DNA of 38,733 nucleotides from a virus. Lineage: Duplodnaviria; Heunggongvirae; Uroviricota; Caudoviricetes. The stretch lies in the IMG/VR virus record IMGVR_UViG_2698536454_000017. The stretch is one strand, 5' to 3'. Below, one piece after another: positions 7,976 through 16,983 of this stretch. Below the pieces are notes generated by a model that saw only the letters and a program-made list of their open reading frames with translations, was not told where the DNA came from and made no database searches. The position numbers and the translations under genes were made by a program. Each line of letters begins with the position of its first letter. Within the stretch, counting starts at the first letter, position 1.

Positions 7976-8122
7976 ATGACAAAACAACTCAGTCCTTACC
8001 AGGACAAAATTCACAAACACATACTACGTGATCGCTTCCTGTCCAGCTTCAAGCAGCCTGGTCGATTCCGGGCTGAGTTGGAAAAAGTGAAGCTGATGCA
8101 GAAGGAGAAAGGTCATGAGTAA
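7976..8122 (+). CDS. small hypothetical protein (48 aa) between cII and replication gene
   Basis: ATG 7976 with AGGAG SD; hand-translated open frame [15 protein letters not shown]...; stop overlaps start of the replication gene. Confidence 0.35.
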   Translation: MTKQLSPYQDKIHKHILRDRFLSSFKQPGRFRAELEKVKLMQKEKGHE

Positions 8123-9014
8123 CATATCTAATCTAGCCGAAGCCAGAGAGGCCAGAAGGCTACAACAACCGCATCAAAGCAGCGGTAAGGGGTATGCCTT
8201 GCTGCACCGTAAAATTATGGATGTGCCGTTTTACAAGGACGCAGAAGCTGCGCATCTGTGGGTTCACTTAATCCTCAAAGCAAAGCATACGCCTGAGTAT
8301 GTAATGACTGACGCAGGAGAAATTCTGGTAGGCAGAGGGAAGCTACTTGGCGGTAGAAACTCTCTGGCGTTTGAAACAGGACTCAAACCAGATCGCGTTC
8401 AGTACCTGCTTAGAAAGTTCAAAAAACTCGGCATGATTGACTGGGTTTCACACGGTAAATTCTCAGTTTTCTCGGTAGAGAAATATGACGATTATCAGTC
8501 AAATTTTGTACCAGCAGATTACCAGCAAATTACCACCTCAAAGCCAGCAATACCAATGCCTGCAAGCAATACTGTACCAGCAGATTACCAGCAAATTACC
8601 ACAGATAAAGAATATAATAATATTATCTCTAATACTGACGTATTAGAGAGTACCGCAGCAGACAAAAAGTCTGACAAGAAAAAACCTTCCGTTAGCTGTC
8701 AGGATGTTGTCGATGCTTACCACGAAATCCTTCCTGAAGCGCCAAGAATCCGCGCACTGAATGACAAGCGTAAAAACCAGATCCGAACGTTCTGGCGCAA
8801 AGCCGGAGTGATAACCCGCCAGCTTGACGGGCATGGGTTCACGATGCAGGACTGGAGAAATTATTTGAGCTACGTAGGCGAAAATTGCCGATGGATGTTC
8901 GAAGAGCGCCCAAACCATCAACGCGGAACCGTCTGGCACAAAAAGGGATTTGATTTCCTGCTTAACGATAATACCTACCTGAAAGTTCGTGAGGGTGAAC
9001 ACGATGACCGATAA
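8115..9014 (+). CDS. replication initiator (lambda O / P22 gene 18 functional analogue), 299 aa
   Basis: Position between cII and helicase; GAAGGAG SD; internal iteron-like direct repeats as in lambda O/ori. Confidence 0.65.
   Translation: MSNISNLAEAREARRLQQPHQSSGKGYALLHRKIMDVPFYKDAEAAHLWVHLILKAKHTPEYVMTDAGEILVGRGKLLGGRNSLAFETGLKPDRVQYLLRKFKKLGMIDWVSHGKFSVFSVEKYDDYQSNFVPADYQQITTSKPAIPMPASNTVPADYQQITTDKEYNNIISNTDVLESTAADKKSDKKKPSVSCQDVVDAYHEILPEAPRIRALNDKRKNQIRTFWRKAGVITRQLDGHGFTMQDWRNYLSYVGENCRWMFEERPNHQRGTVWHKKGFDFLLNDNTYLKVREGEHDDR
8507..8650. repeat. candidate origin of replication: two 30-bp direct repeats (8507-8536, 8573-8602) followed by an AT-rich stretch
   Basis: Exact repeat TGTACCAGCAGATTACCAGCAAATTACCAC twice, 66 bp apart, each with internal ATTACCA sub-repeats; AT-rich 8603-8650. 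Confidence 0.45.
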
Positions 9015-10440
9015 TTTTTATGCGCCGCCCCATAGCATCGAGGCAGAGCAGGCGGTGATTGGTGGATTGCTTCTGGATGATGACAGCAGTGAGCGCGTCC
9101 AGAAAGTTCTGGCGATGCTGAAGCCTGATTCATTTTACAGCCGGCCACACAAAATCCTTTTCGAAGAAATAACCATAATGCACCGGGAGCAAAAGCCAGT
9201 AGATGGCCTGACGCTTTTCGATGAACTGGAGCGTAAATCGTTAACGGAGTCTGTTGGCGGTTTTGCTTATATCGCTGAGATCGCAAAGAACACGCCAAGC
9301 GCAGCAAACATCGTTGCCTATGCAATGCAGGTTCGTGAAACCGCAATGGAACGCTACGCCATCAACCGCATGACTGAAGCGACGGAATTGCTCTATTCCC
9401 GCAACGGAATGACTGCAACGCAGAAGTACGAAGCTATTCAGGCGATTTTCACGCAACTGACAGACCATGCAAAAACCGGATCGCGTCGCGGCCTTCGCTC
9501 ATTTGGTGAGGTCATGGAAGACTGGGTTAGCGACCTTGAGAAGCGATTTGACCCGTCAGGCGAACAACGAGGAATGAGCACAGGGATCCCATCGCTGGAC
9601 AGGATGCTGTCACCGAAAGGTCTGGTGAAAGGCTCTTTGTTTGTCATTGGCGCTCGCCCTAAGATGGGGAAAACGACGCTATACAGCCAGATGGCAATCA
9701 ACTGCGCAGTGCATGAGAAAAAGCCCGCTCTGATGTTCAGCCTTGAAATGCCAGGTGACCAGATACTGGAAAAACTGGTAGGGCAAAAGTCAGGTGTTAA
9801 CCCCAATATTTTTTACCTTCTGGCGACAAATGACGCTGATGACGGCTATCAGGGTGATTACGATGGTGACTTCAACAGGGCGATCGAAACAGCCAATCGC
9901 TTGAGTGAAATCGACCTGCTTTACATCGACGACACGCCGGGATTATCTCTGGCTCAAATCGTCAGCGAAAGCCGTCGAATCAAGCGAGAAAAAGGATGTG
10001 TTGGCATGATTCTGGTCGATTACCTGACACTAATGACCGCTGAGAAGGCCGATCGCAACGACCTTGCTTACGGCATGATCACCAAAGGACTGAAGAACCT
10101 TGCCAAAGAGCTTGATTGCGTTGTTGTGCTTCTGACACAGCTTAACCGCGCACTGGAAAGCCGAACCAATAAACGCCCATTACCAAGTGACTCACGAGAT
10201 ACAGGGCAGATTGAACAGGATTGCGATTATTGGGTGGGGATCCATCGTGAAGGCGCTTTTGATGACAGCGTTCCTCCTGGTGAAACCGAACTAATCCTTC
10301 GCCTCAATCGTCATGGCAATACCGGCACGGTGTATTGCATTCAGGCAAATGGCGCTATTTATGACACAGACCAACAGTCTGCTGAAATGCGCCGCCGTGA
10401 ACGCGAGGAACCGCAGTCCAAGAAGAAAGGAGGATTCTGA
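9004..10440 (+). CDS. DnaB-family replicative DNA helicase (P22 gene 12-like)
   Basis: Walker A GARPKMGKTT, DnaB-like N-terminus HSIEAEQAVIGGLL; ATG 9004 overlaps upstream stop. Confidence 0.85.
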   Translation: MTDNFYAPPHSIEAEQAVIGGLLLDDDSSERVQKVLAMLKPDSFYSRPHKILFEEITIMHREQKPVDGLTLFDELERKSLTESVGGFAYIAEIAKNTPSAANIVAYAMQVRETAMERYAINRMTEATELLYSRNGMTATQKYEAIQAIFTQLTDHAKTGSRRGLRSFGEVMEDWVSDLEKRFDPSGEQRGMSTGIPSLDRMLSPKGLVKGSLFVIGARPKMGKTTLYSQMAINCAVHEKKPALMFSLEMPGDQILEKLVGQKSGVNPNIFYLLATNDADDGYQGDYDGDFNRAIETANRLSEIDLLYIDDTPGLSLAQIVSESRRIKREKGCVGMILVDYLTLMTAEKADRNDLAYGMITKGLKNLAKELDCVVVLLTQLNRALESRTNKRPLPSDSRDTGQIEQDCDYWVGIHREGAFDDSVPPGETELILRLNRHGNTGTVYCIQANGAIYDTDQQSAEMRRREREEPQSKKKGGF

Positions 10441-10468
10441 TGACCATCTACATCACTGAGCTAATAAC

Positions 10469-10500
10469 AGGCCTGCTGGTAATCGCAGGCCTTTTTATTT
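10469..10500 (+). terminator. rho-independent terminator after helicase (tR2-like position)
   Basis: AGGCCTGC-N8-GCAGGCCT perfect 8-bp stem followed by TTTTTATTT. Confidence 0.6.
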
Positions 10501-10515
10501 GGGGGGGAGTAAATC

Positions 10516-10722
10516 GTGGCTGAGTTTATGCTCGTCGCATTCAAATGCGTTGGCGTTGGATGGATTCTTCTGACGTTTTTTATTGTTCTGAATAGCTACA
10601 TTCGTCTTGTGAATGACGGTAAAGACCCATGGTATACGTTGTTTGGCGCTGCATTTGTCTGGGTGATTATCGGTGTTATGCCTGTTGTCGTAGCAAAAAT
10701 GGCGTGGCGTTTTGTGAGTTGA
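10516..10722 (+). CDS. small membrane protein (68 aa, two hydrophobic segments)
   Basis: GTG start with GGGGGGGAG SD 6 nt upstream. Confidence 0.4.
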   Translation: MAEFMLVAFKCVGVGWILLTFFIVLNSYIRLVNDGKDPWYTLFGAAFVWVIIGVMPVVVAKMAWRFVS

Positions 10723-10739
10723 ACTGAGGGTAAGTATCG

Positions 10740-11069
10740 ATGGACGAATCAAGAAAGCAGTTTGAAGAATGGTTTAAAAACAAATATCACGTTTCAAGTG
10801 ACGTGATGAAGATTATGCACATCAAGGTCGAGATTGCATGGGAGGCATGGCAGGCATCGCGAGCAGCTATTGAACTGGATATCGACTGGCCCGAATCGAA
10901 TGACGACTTTTGGAAAGATGGTGAAGAAGGTGCTTATGCGATGGGTTATGAGGATGGGAGAGACAAAACGGTAATTGCAGTAATGAAAGCTATCAGATCC
11001 GCTGGAATTAAAGAGAAGAATTTCGATGAAGCAAATATACATGCTTCGCAACGAAGCAATCAGAAATAA
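10740..11069 (+). CDS. hypothetical nin-region protein (109 aa)
   Basis: ATG with GAGGG SD; acidic soluble protein. Confidence 0.45.
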   Translation: MDESRKQFEEWFKNKYHVSSDVMKIMHIKVEIAWEAWQASRAAIELDIDWPESNDDFWKDGEEGAYAMGYEDGRDKTVIAVMKAIRSAGIKEKNFDEANIHASQRSNQK

Positions 11070-11472
11070 CGCCATAGACGCAATACTCTCACTTCCCATC
11101 GACGACAAGTCACCCCACGAAGTCCACCTTAAAGAACCCAAACGCAGCAAAGCGCAGAATGACCGTATGTGGCCGATGCTGAACGATGTTTCGCGTCAGG
11201 TGCTATGGCATGGTCAACGGCTGGCACCGGAAGACTGGAAAGACCTGTTCACTGCCCTGTGGCTTAAGACCAAAAAACTGGAGCAACGAAGTGTTCCTGG
11301 TATCGACGGTGGCGTTGTCATGCTTGGCGTGCGTACCAGCAAAATGCGAAAGGCCAGCATGACTGAGCTTATCGAAATCATGTTCTGGTTCGGCTCAGAG
11401 CGCAACGTGCGGTGGAGTGATGACTCCCGGCGAGAGTATGAATGGTCACAACGAAAAGGGAAGGCTGCATGA
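11026..11472 (+). CDS. ninB: NinB (Orf-family recombination mediator)
   Basis: Resembles lambda NinB (LDQNRKLWA-like KAQNDRMWPMLNDVSRQV, WHG, SKMR motifs); start 11026 or 11041 uncertain. Confidence 0.65.
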   Translation: MKQIYMLRNEAIRNNAIDAILSLPIDDKSPHEVHLKEPKRSKAQNDRMWPMLNDVSRQVLWHGQRLAPEDWKDLFTALWLKTKKLEQRSVPGIDGGVVMLGVRTSKMRKASMTELIEIMFWFGSERNVRWSDDSRREYEWSQRKGKAA

Positions 11473-11996
11473 CTATCAAATCAAATACGCCGGCACACGA
11501 CAAGGACTGCTGGCAAACGCCGCTTTGGCTTTTTGATGCACTGGATATTGAGTTTGGATTCTGGCTGGATTCGGCAGCGAGCGACAAAAATGCTCTGTGT
11601 GCTCACTGGCTAACTGAGGCCGACGACGCGCTCAATTCTGAGTGGGTAAGCCACGGTGCAATCTGGAATAACCCACCGTACAGCAATATCAGGCCGTGGG
11701 TGGAAAAAGCTGCTGAGCAGTGCATACAACAGCGACAGACGGTAGTTATGCTTGTGCCAGAGGATATGTCAGTCGGATGGTTCAGCAAGGCTCTGGAGAG
11801 TGTCGACGAAGTTCGCATCATCACTGATGGACGGATTAATTTTATCGAACCATCGACGGGGCTGGAGAAGAAGGGAAACAGCAAAGGCTCAATGCTGCTG
11901 ATTTGGCGACCGTTCATCAGTCCTCGACGGATGTTTACTACCGTATCCAAAGCGGCATTGATGGCGATCGGGCAGGGCGTCAGGAGGGCGGCATGA
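11469..11996 (+). CDS. orphan DNA N6-adenine methyltransferase (phage Dam-type)
   Basis: NPPYS catalytic motif (DPPY-class), phage Dam-like N-terminus [13 protein letters not shown]; no restriction endonuclease partner adjacent. Confidence 0.7.
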   Translation: MTIKSNTPAHDKDCWQTPLWLFDALDIEFGFWLDSAASDKNALCAHWLTEADDALNSEWVSHGAIWNNPPYSNIRPWVEKAAEQCIQQRQTVVMLVPEDMSVGWFSKALESVDEVRIITDGRINFIEPSTGLEKKGNSKGSMLLIWRPFISPRRMFTTVSKAALMAIGQGVRRAA

Positions 11997-12169
11997 GGCG
12001 ACAGCGACGAAGTATCACCGACATAATCTGCGAAAACTGCAAATACCTTCCAACGAAACGCTCCAGAAATAAATCCAAGCCAATCCCAAAAGAATCTGAC
12101 GTAAAAACCTTCAACTACACGGCTCACCTGTGGGATATCCGGTGGCTAAGACATCGTGCGAGGAAATGA
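11993..12169 (+). CDS. small basic protein (58 aa) with CxxC
   Basis: ATG 11993 with AGGAGG SD; ATGA overlap with methyltransferase stop. Confidence 0.35.
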   Translation: MRRQRRSITDIICENCKYLPTKRSRNKSKPIPKESDVKTFNYTAHLWDIRWLRHRARK

Positions 12170-12171
12170 CA

Positions 12172-12573
12172 ATGCTTTTAATTCAACCTGGATTTGGACT
12201 TAGCATCAAAAAAGGCCACATGTTTGGCGAGAAAGAGTCACAACGAAAAATGGTGTCTATCCGGTTGCCATTTATCAGTATTTATTGGCTAAACAGGGAG
12301 GCAACAAATTATTGGTATACATGCGCCAGAGCAGCATTTAACGACCCTGACTGGTTTGTGGAAAACCACCACGCAGTTCGTCAGGCAAAGAGAAAGGCCA
12401 ACATGACATACATGAAGGCGTATCGAAAAGCATGGAAAGAACACCGCGATCGATACCAGCAAGATATGGAAAAGCTTGAATCAGAAAACATGGAATTAAG
12501 ACGAAAGCTTGGTGAAGCAAAACGAGACATTGATGCTTACAAGCGACTTTTTAATGGTGAAAGCCATGCTTAG
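12172..12573 (+). CDS. hypothetical nin-region protein (133 aa; start uncertain)
   Basis: ORF 12130..12573 trimmed to ATG 12172 after AGGAA; C-terminal coiled-coil-like segment. Confidence 0.4.
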   Translation: MLLIQPGFGLSIKKGHMFGEKESQRKMVSIRLPFISIYWLNREATNYWYTCARAAFNDPDWFVENHHAVRQAKRKANMTYMKAYRKAWKEHRDRYQQDMEKLESENMELRRKLGEAKRDIDAYKRLFNGESHA

Positions 12574-12742
12574 TCCATCCCAATCTCTTCAATACCAGAA
12601 AGAAAGCGTCGAGCGGGCTTTAACGTGCGCTAACTGCGGTCAGAAGCTGCATGTGCTGGAAGTTCACGTGTGTGAGCACTGCTGCGCAGAGCTGATGAGC
12701 GATCCGAATAGCTCAATGTACGAGGAAGAAGACGATGAATGA
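12566..12742 (+). CDS. NinF-like small zinc-binding protein (58 aa)
   Basis: CANCGQ...HVCEHCCAEL cysteine pattern like lambda NinF; ATG 12566 overlaps upstream stop. Confidence 0.4.
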   Translation: MLSPSQSLQYQKESVERALTCANCGQKLHVLEVHVCEHCCAELMSDPNSSMYEEEDDE

Positions 12743-13457
12743 GTTAATAAATGGCAATGCCATCAAAATGACAAGCATTGAAATCGCTGAGTTGGTGGGT
12801 AAGCGTCATGACAATGTGAAACGTACCATCGAAACGCTGGCTAAAAATGGTGTTATCCGGCTTCCTCAAATTGAGGTTTCCGAAAGAATCAATAACTTAG
12901 GGTTCAATGTTCAGTACGAGCATTACGTCTTCGAGGGCGAACAAGGTAAGCGAGACAGTATTGTCGTTGTTGCCCAGTTGTCGCCAGAGTTCACCGCTCG
13001 CCTTGTTGACCGCTGGCGAGAGCTTGAAGAAGCTGCGGTTAATATCCCCAAAACGCTACCGGAAGCGTTGCGCCTTGCTGCCGATCTTGCTGAGCAGAAA
13101 ATGCAACTGGAAAACCAGCTCGCAATTGCCGCACCTAAAGTTGAGTTTGCCGATCGCGTTGGCGAGGCCAGTGGAATTTTGATTGGAAACTTTGCAAAGG
13201 TTGTTGGAATTGGTCCAAACAAACTGTTTGCGTGGATGCGCGATCACAAAATCCTTATTGCTTCAGGTTCCCGGCGCAATGTGCCAATGCAGGAATATAT
13301 GGAGCGCGGCTATTTCACAGTGAAAGAAACAGCGGTCAACACAAATCACGGAATACAGATATCGTTCACCACAAAAATCACCGGGCGTGGTCAACAGTGG
13401 CTGACCAGAAAGCTGCTCGATAACGGAATGCTGAAAGTAACAGGGGAGGCTGCTTAA
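12735..13457 (+). CDS. Rha-family regulator / antirepressor-like protein
   Basis: N-terminal Rha-like motif NGNAIKMTSIEIAELVGKRHDNVKR and C-terminal Ant/KilAC-like region. Confidence 0.6.
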   Translation: MNELINGNAIKMTSIEIAELVGKRHDNVKRTIETLAKNGVIRLPQIEVSERINNLGFNVQYEHYVFEGEQGKRDSIVVVAQLSPEFTARLVDRWRELEEAAVNIPKTLPEALRLAADLAEQKMQLENQLAIAAPKVEFADRVGEASGILIGNFAKVVGIGPNKLFAWMRDHKILIASGSRRNVPMQEYMERGYFTVKETAVNTNHGIQISFTTKITGRGQQWLTRKLLDNGMLKVTGEAA

Positions 13458-13494
13458 TGGCCAATCTACGCAAAGAAGCACGCGGAGGAAGACG

Positions 13495-14004
13495 ATGGAT
13501 GATGTAAAAGAAAAAGATATCCCCGGGTTTGAGGGTATATATAAAGTAACTGAGAATGGAGACATCATTTCATGCCGTAAATCAAAAAAATTATCTCATG
13601 GTATTAAACCAGGAGGATATGCATTTGTCGGTCTATATCCAGGTGGCGGGAAAAGACCATCATATAAAATGGTTCACAGAATTGTTGCAGAAGTATTTGT
13701 TGATAACCCAGATGGAAAGCCGGAAGTTAATCACAAGGATGGAAATAAACTTAATAATAAAGTTGAAAATCTTGAGTGGGTAACGCGAACAGAAAATGCG
13801 AAACATGGATTTGATTCCGGGTTGCTTGTTCATGGTTTTAATCATCACTTCTGCAAACTAACGCCAGAACAAGTGAAATCAATATATAAATCAAAAGGCA
13901 AATACAGAGATATAGCCAAAGAATTTGGTGTTTGTGCGCAGACAGTGTGCAACATAAAAAACAAATCAGCGTACCGACGTTTTTTGGAGGGGATTGATGT
14001 TTAG
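13495..14004 (+). CDS. free-standing HNH homing endonuclease (NUMOD4-like N-terminus)
   Basis: GFEGIYKVTENGDI (NUMOD4-like), VNHKDGNKLNNKVENLEWVTRTENAKH (HNH); markedly AT-rich relative to flanks. Confidence 0.75.
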   Translation: MDDVKEKDIPGFEGIYKVTENGDIISCRKSKKLSHGIKPGGYAFVGLYPGGGKRPSYKMVHRIVAEVFVDNPDGKPEVNHKDGNKLNNKVENLEWVTRTENAKHGFDSGLLVHGFNHHFCKLTPEQVKSIYKSKGKYRDIAKEFGVCAQTVCNIKNKSAYRRFLEGIDV

Positions 14005-14272
14005 AAGCAAAAAATGGCTTCAGGCAGTCAGGGATATTGAATTTTGCGTTCTTTGCGGAAGATACGGAGTTCAGGCCGCTCACAGAAATGAAGGGAAGGG
14101 GGTTGGGATTAAAGTAGATGATTGCCTTACTGCTGCGCTATGTGTTGATTGTCATTCAAGAATTGATAATGGAAGAGATATGAGCAGGGAAGAGCGAAGG
14201 GCTGAAATGGATCGGGCCATTGTGCTTACCCTTAAAAAATTGGTTAACAATGGGAGGGTGTTTGTCCAATGA
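13997..14272 (+). CDS. small Cys/His-rich phage protein (DUF1364-like)
   Basis: CVLCG...AAHRNEG...CVDCHSRIDNG pattern; ATG 13997 overlaps HNH stop. Confidence 0.45.
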   Translation: MFRSKKWLQAVRDIEFCVLCGRYGVQAAHRNEGKGVGIKVDDCLTAALCVDCHSRIDNGRDMSREERRAEMDRAIVLTLKKLVNNGRVFVQ

Positions 14273-14631
14273 ACGAATATCAGTTTGTGCTTCCGTACCC
14301 ACCGTCGGTGAATACCTACTGGCGAAGACGGGGAAGCCAATACTACATCAGCGATAAAGGCCAGAAATACCGAAAAGACGTTCAGCAAATCATCCGCCAA
14401 CTTAAGTTAGACATTTTCACCAAATCACGACTCCGCATCAAAGTCATCGCAGACGTTCCAGACTCCCGCCGCCGCGACCTCGACAACATCCTGAAAGGTT
14501 TACTCGACTCCCTTATCCACGCCGGATTTGCGGAAGACGACGAGCAATTCGATGACATTCGCGTAATTCGTGGTGTGAAAGTACCAGGCGGACGGCTTGG
14601 AATAAAAATCACCGAACTGGAGAACGTATGA
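14269..14631 (+). CDS. rusA: RusA Holliday-junction resolvase
   Basis: 120 aa, strong resemblance to E. coli RusA (LPYPPSVNTYWRRRG, DVPDSRRRDLDN, GGRLGIKITE). Confidence 0.85.
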   Translation: MNEYQFVLPYPPSVNTYWRRRGSQYYISDKGQKYRKDVQQIIRQLKLDIFTKSRLRIKVIADVPDSRRRDLDNILKGLLDSLIHAGFAEDDEQFDDIRVIRGVKVPGGRLGIKITELENV

Positions 14632-14816
14632 ACGCCACAATTCAAACGATACCAGAGCTTCTTATCCAGACACGAAGCAATCAGACCGAAGTGGCGAGGA
14701 TGCTTTCCTGCGCAAGAGGAACAGTGCTCAAGTACAACCGAGACAGAAAAGGCGAGCGTCACGTAATAGTTAACGGCGTCCTGATGGTCAAACAGGGCAA
14801 GAGGGGAAGACGATGA
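14628..14816 (+). CDS. ninH: NinH-like protein
   Basis: TIPELLIQTRSNQTEVARMLSCARGTVLKY resembles lambda NinH. Confidence 0.6.
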   Translation: MNATIQTIPELLIQTRSNQTEVARMLSCARGTVLKYNRDRKGERHVIVNGVLMVKQGKRGRR

Positions 14817-15301
14817 GCATAAGAGAACTAAACCTCACCAAAGAACAGCACGATTGGCTGAATGGCTGGCTTGAACTGTGGGGCGCATGGGTTTATTCAG
14901 GTCGTCTGGAAAAGCGCATGAGCAGCGTAATAGCGAAGTTCATGGAGAGCGTAGAGCCGGGAAGAGTTATGACAAGGCCAATGTGTAATGATGATGATGG
15001 AATGTTGATTTCTCAGGTCGTCGATTCCGTCATGTGCATTGACAAGAAAGCCTTTGGCATCCTCCTCAGCTACTACGCTCATGGATCTTCCAAGCATGCC
15101 ATTGCATCTTACTATCATCGTGTCGCAAGACCTCGCAAGATGTTATGCCGGGGCGGCGGGCGTATTCAAAAACCATCGCTCGCAACCTGTCGCCGGGAAG
15201 TTGACGAAATCCTCAATGCTTCGTTGTTTATGATTTACCCAGTTCTGGATAGTGCGTTTAAAAACCGGAAACGTGTAGAGAAAATTAAACATGTAGCATA
15301 G
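14813..15301 (+). CDS. Q: late-gene antiterminator Q (phage 21/82-type, 162 aa)
   Basis: Position last in the nin operon directly upstream of the late/lysis region; size and context match the small Q class; sequence identity not verified. Confidence 0.55.
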   Translation: MSIRELNLTKEQHDWLNGWLELWGAWVYSGRLEKRMSSVIAKFMESVEPGRVMTRPMCNDDDGMLISQVVDSVMCIDKKAFGILLSYYAHGSSKHAIASYYHRVARPRKMLCRGGGRIQKPSLATCRREVDEILNASLFMIYPVLDSAFKNRKRVEKIKHVA

Positions 15302-15347
15302 AACGTGTTGACATCATTGAGCAAATGAGCAACACTATTCGCATAAG

Positions 15348-15389
15348 CTGCCGTTAGTGACTCTTAAGTTGCAACGGTGGCTTTTTTTA
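15348..15389 (+). terminator. hairpin plus T7 run downstream of Q (tR-prime-like terminator)
   Basis: CTGCCGTT...AACGGTGG stem then CTTTTTTT (15381-15388); consensus -35 TTGACA at 15308-15313 upstream but no convincing -10. Confidence 0.35.
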
Positions 15390-15392
15390 TTT

Positions 15393-15467
15393 GGGTCAGT
15401 CGTATAAAGGTCATTACGGAATGCTGTTAACCTTCTTATCGTGGTTCGAGTCCACGCTGTCCCGCCA
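15393..15467 (+). tRNA. tRNA-Asn-like (anticodon GUU), divergent
   Basis: Hand-folded cloverleaf: T-arm CGTGG-TTCGAGT-CCACG, anticodon loop CTGTTAA, 3-prime CCA encoded; one mismatch each in acceptor and anticodon stems, so possibly a pseudo-tRNA. Confidence 0.45.
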
Positions 15468-15472
15468 AACAT

Positions 15473-15548
15473 GCTGGTTTAGCTCCAATGGTAGAGCAGT
15501 CGCCTTGTAAGCGAATGGGTAGCGGTTCAAGTCCGTTAACCAGCACCA
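15473..15548 (+). tRNA. tRNA-Thr (anticodon UGU)
   Basis: Hand-folded: acceptor GCTGGTT/AACCAGC, D-arm GCTC-CAATGGTA-GAGC, anticodon loop CTTGTAA, T-arm AGCGG-TTCAAGT-CCGTT, CCA encoded. Confidence 0.6.
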
Positions 15549-15792
15549 TAACTGAGCCGTAGCCACTGGCTATCCTGAATTCATCAGTGATAGTTACGCT
15601 GCGGCCTTCTACACATGACCTTCGTGAAAGCGGGTGGCATGAGGTTGCGCTAACAACCTCCTGCCGTTTTGCCCGTGCATATCGGTCACGAACAAATCTG
15701 ATTACTAAACACAGTAGCCTGGATTTGTTCTATCAGTAATCGACCTTATTCCTAATTAAATAGAGCAAATCCCCTCAATGAAGGGGTAGAGC

Positions 15793-15996
15793 ATGTACCG
15801 TATGGACAAAATCAGAGAATGGTTCAGTTACAGCTTCGGAGGACTGACTGCGATGGGTGGCATTCTCTCCCTGAATGACTGGGCTGTCATCATTGGTATT
15901 CTTTGTACTGTCGGCACATTTGGCATCAACTGGTACTACAAGCGCAAAGAGCGCGAGGACAGATTGAATGGCAATGTCACCGGCACTACGAAATAG
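15793..15996 (+). CDS. class II holin (pinholin-like, 67 aa, two TM segments)
   Basis: Hydrophobic segments and charged C-terminus; AAGGGG SD; immediately precedes a SAR endolysin as in phage 21. Confidence 0.65.
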   Translation: MYRMDKIREWFSYSFGGLTAMGGILSLNDWAVIIGILCTVGTFGINWYYKRKEREDRLNGNVTGTTK

Positions 15997-16471
15997 CGTA
16001 ATAGCGGCGATAAGTGGCGGGGCTATTGCTATAGCATCTGTGTTAATCACTGGCCCAAGTGGTAACGATGGTCTGGAAGGTGTCAGCTACATACCATACA
16101 AAGATATTGTTGGTGTATGGACTGTATGTCACGGACACACCGGAAAAGACATCATGCTCGGTAAAACGTATACCGAAGCAGAATGCAAAGCCCTCCTGAA
16201 TAAAGACCTTGCCACGGTCGCCAGACAAATTAACCCGTACATCAAAGTCGATATACCGGAAACAACGCGCGGCGCTCTTTATTCGTTCGTCTATAACGTG
16301 GGCGCAGGCAATTTCAGAACATCGACGCTTCTTCGCAAAATCAACCAGGGCGATATCAAGGGCGCATGTGACCAGCTACGTCGCTGGACATACGCTGGCG
16401 GTAAGCAATGGAAAGGGCTGATGACTCGCCGTGAGATTGAGCGTGAAGTCTGTTTGTGGGGGCAGCAATGA
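15968..16471 (+). CDS. SAR endolysin (T4-lysozyme-like muramidase with N-terminal signal-anchor-release domain)
   Basis: N-terminal SAR segment [17 protein letters not shown] followed by lysozyme motifs ([23 protein letters not shown]); matches recalled phage 21 R. Confidence 0.8.
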   Translation: MAMSPALRNSVIAAISGGAIAIASVLITGPSGNDGLEGVSYIPYKDIVGVWTVCHGHTGKDIMLGKTYTEAECKALLNKDLATVARQINPYIKVDIPETTRGALYSFVYNVGAGNFRTSTLLRKINQGDIKGACDQLRRWTYAGGKQWKGLMTRREIEREVCLWGQQ

Positions 16472-16905
16472 GCAGAGTAACTGCGATTATCTCCGCTCTG
16501 GTTATCTGCATCATCGTCTGCCTGTCATGGGCTGTTAATCATTACCGTGATAACGCAATCGCCTACAAAGAGCAGCGCGATAAGGCCGCATCCACAATTG
16601 CTGACATGCAGAAGCGTCAACGTGATGTAGCAGAACTCGACGCCAGATACACAAAGGAGCTTGCTGATGCTAACGCGACTATCGAAAGCCTCCGTGCTGA
16701 TGTTTCTGCTGGTCGTAAGCGCCTGCAAGTCGCCGCCACCTGTGCAAAGTCAACGACCGGAGCCAGCAGCATGGGCGATGGAGAAAGCCCAAGACTTACA
16801 GCAGATGCTGAACTCAATTATTACCGTCTCAGAAGTGGAATCGACAGGATAACCGCGCAGGTTAACTACCTGCAGGAGTACATCAGGACTCAGTGCCTGA
16901 AATAA
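16468..16905 (+). CDS. Rz: i-spanin (Rz)
   Basis: N-terminal TM then coiled coil; ATG 16468 with GGGGG SD, ATGA overlap with endolysin stop. Confidence 0.7.
   Translation: MSRVTAIISALVICIIVCLSWAVNHYRDNAIAYKEQRDKAASTIADMQKRQRDVAELDARYTKELADANATIESLRADVSAGRKRLQVAATCAKSTTGASSMGDGESPRLTADAELNYYRLRSGIDRITAQVNYLQEYIRTQCLK
16667..16852 (+). CDS. Rz1: o-spanin (Rz1) embedded in +1 frame of Rz
   Basis: Lipobox LVVSAC followed by proline-rich segment; AAAGGAGC SD before ATG 16667. Confidence 0.6.
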   Translation: MLTRLSKASVLMFLLVVSACKSPPPVQSQRPEPAAWAMEKAQDLQQMLNSIITVSEVESTG

Positions 16906-16937
16906 TTTTTTTGCAAATCACAAAGTCCATTTAATGA

Positions 16938-16960
16938 GCCTCGCGATGCGGGGCTTTTTA
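16938..16960 (+). terminator. rho-independent terminator after lysis cassette
   Basis: GCCTCGC-GAT-GCGGGGC stem followed by TTTTTA. Confidence 0.5.
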
Positions 16961-16983
16961 TTCCCAACTCTATAGGTAATTTT

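Noticed and set aside
8115-9014. Possibility that the 30-bp repeats in the replication gene are merely protein-level duplications
   Set aside because: Not rejected outright, but exact DNA-level identity, internal ATTACCA sub-repeats and the adjacent AT-rich tract favour a DNA iteron role; kept as an ori candidate.
15549-15792. Possible third tRNA or small RNA between tRNA-Thr and holin
   Set aside because: No T-loop (GGTTCRANTCC) or cloverleaf could be folded by hand.
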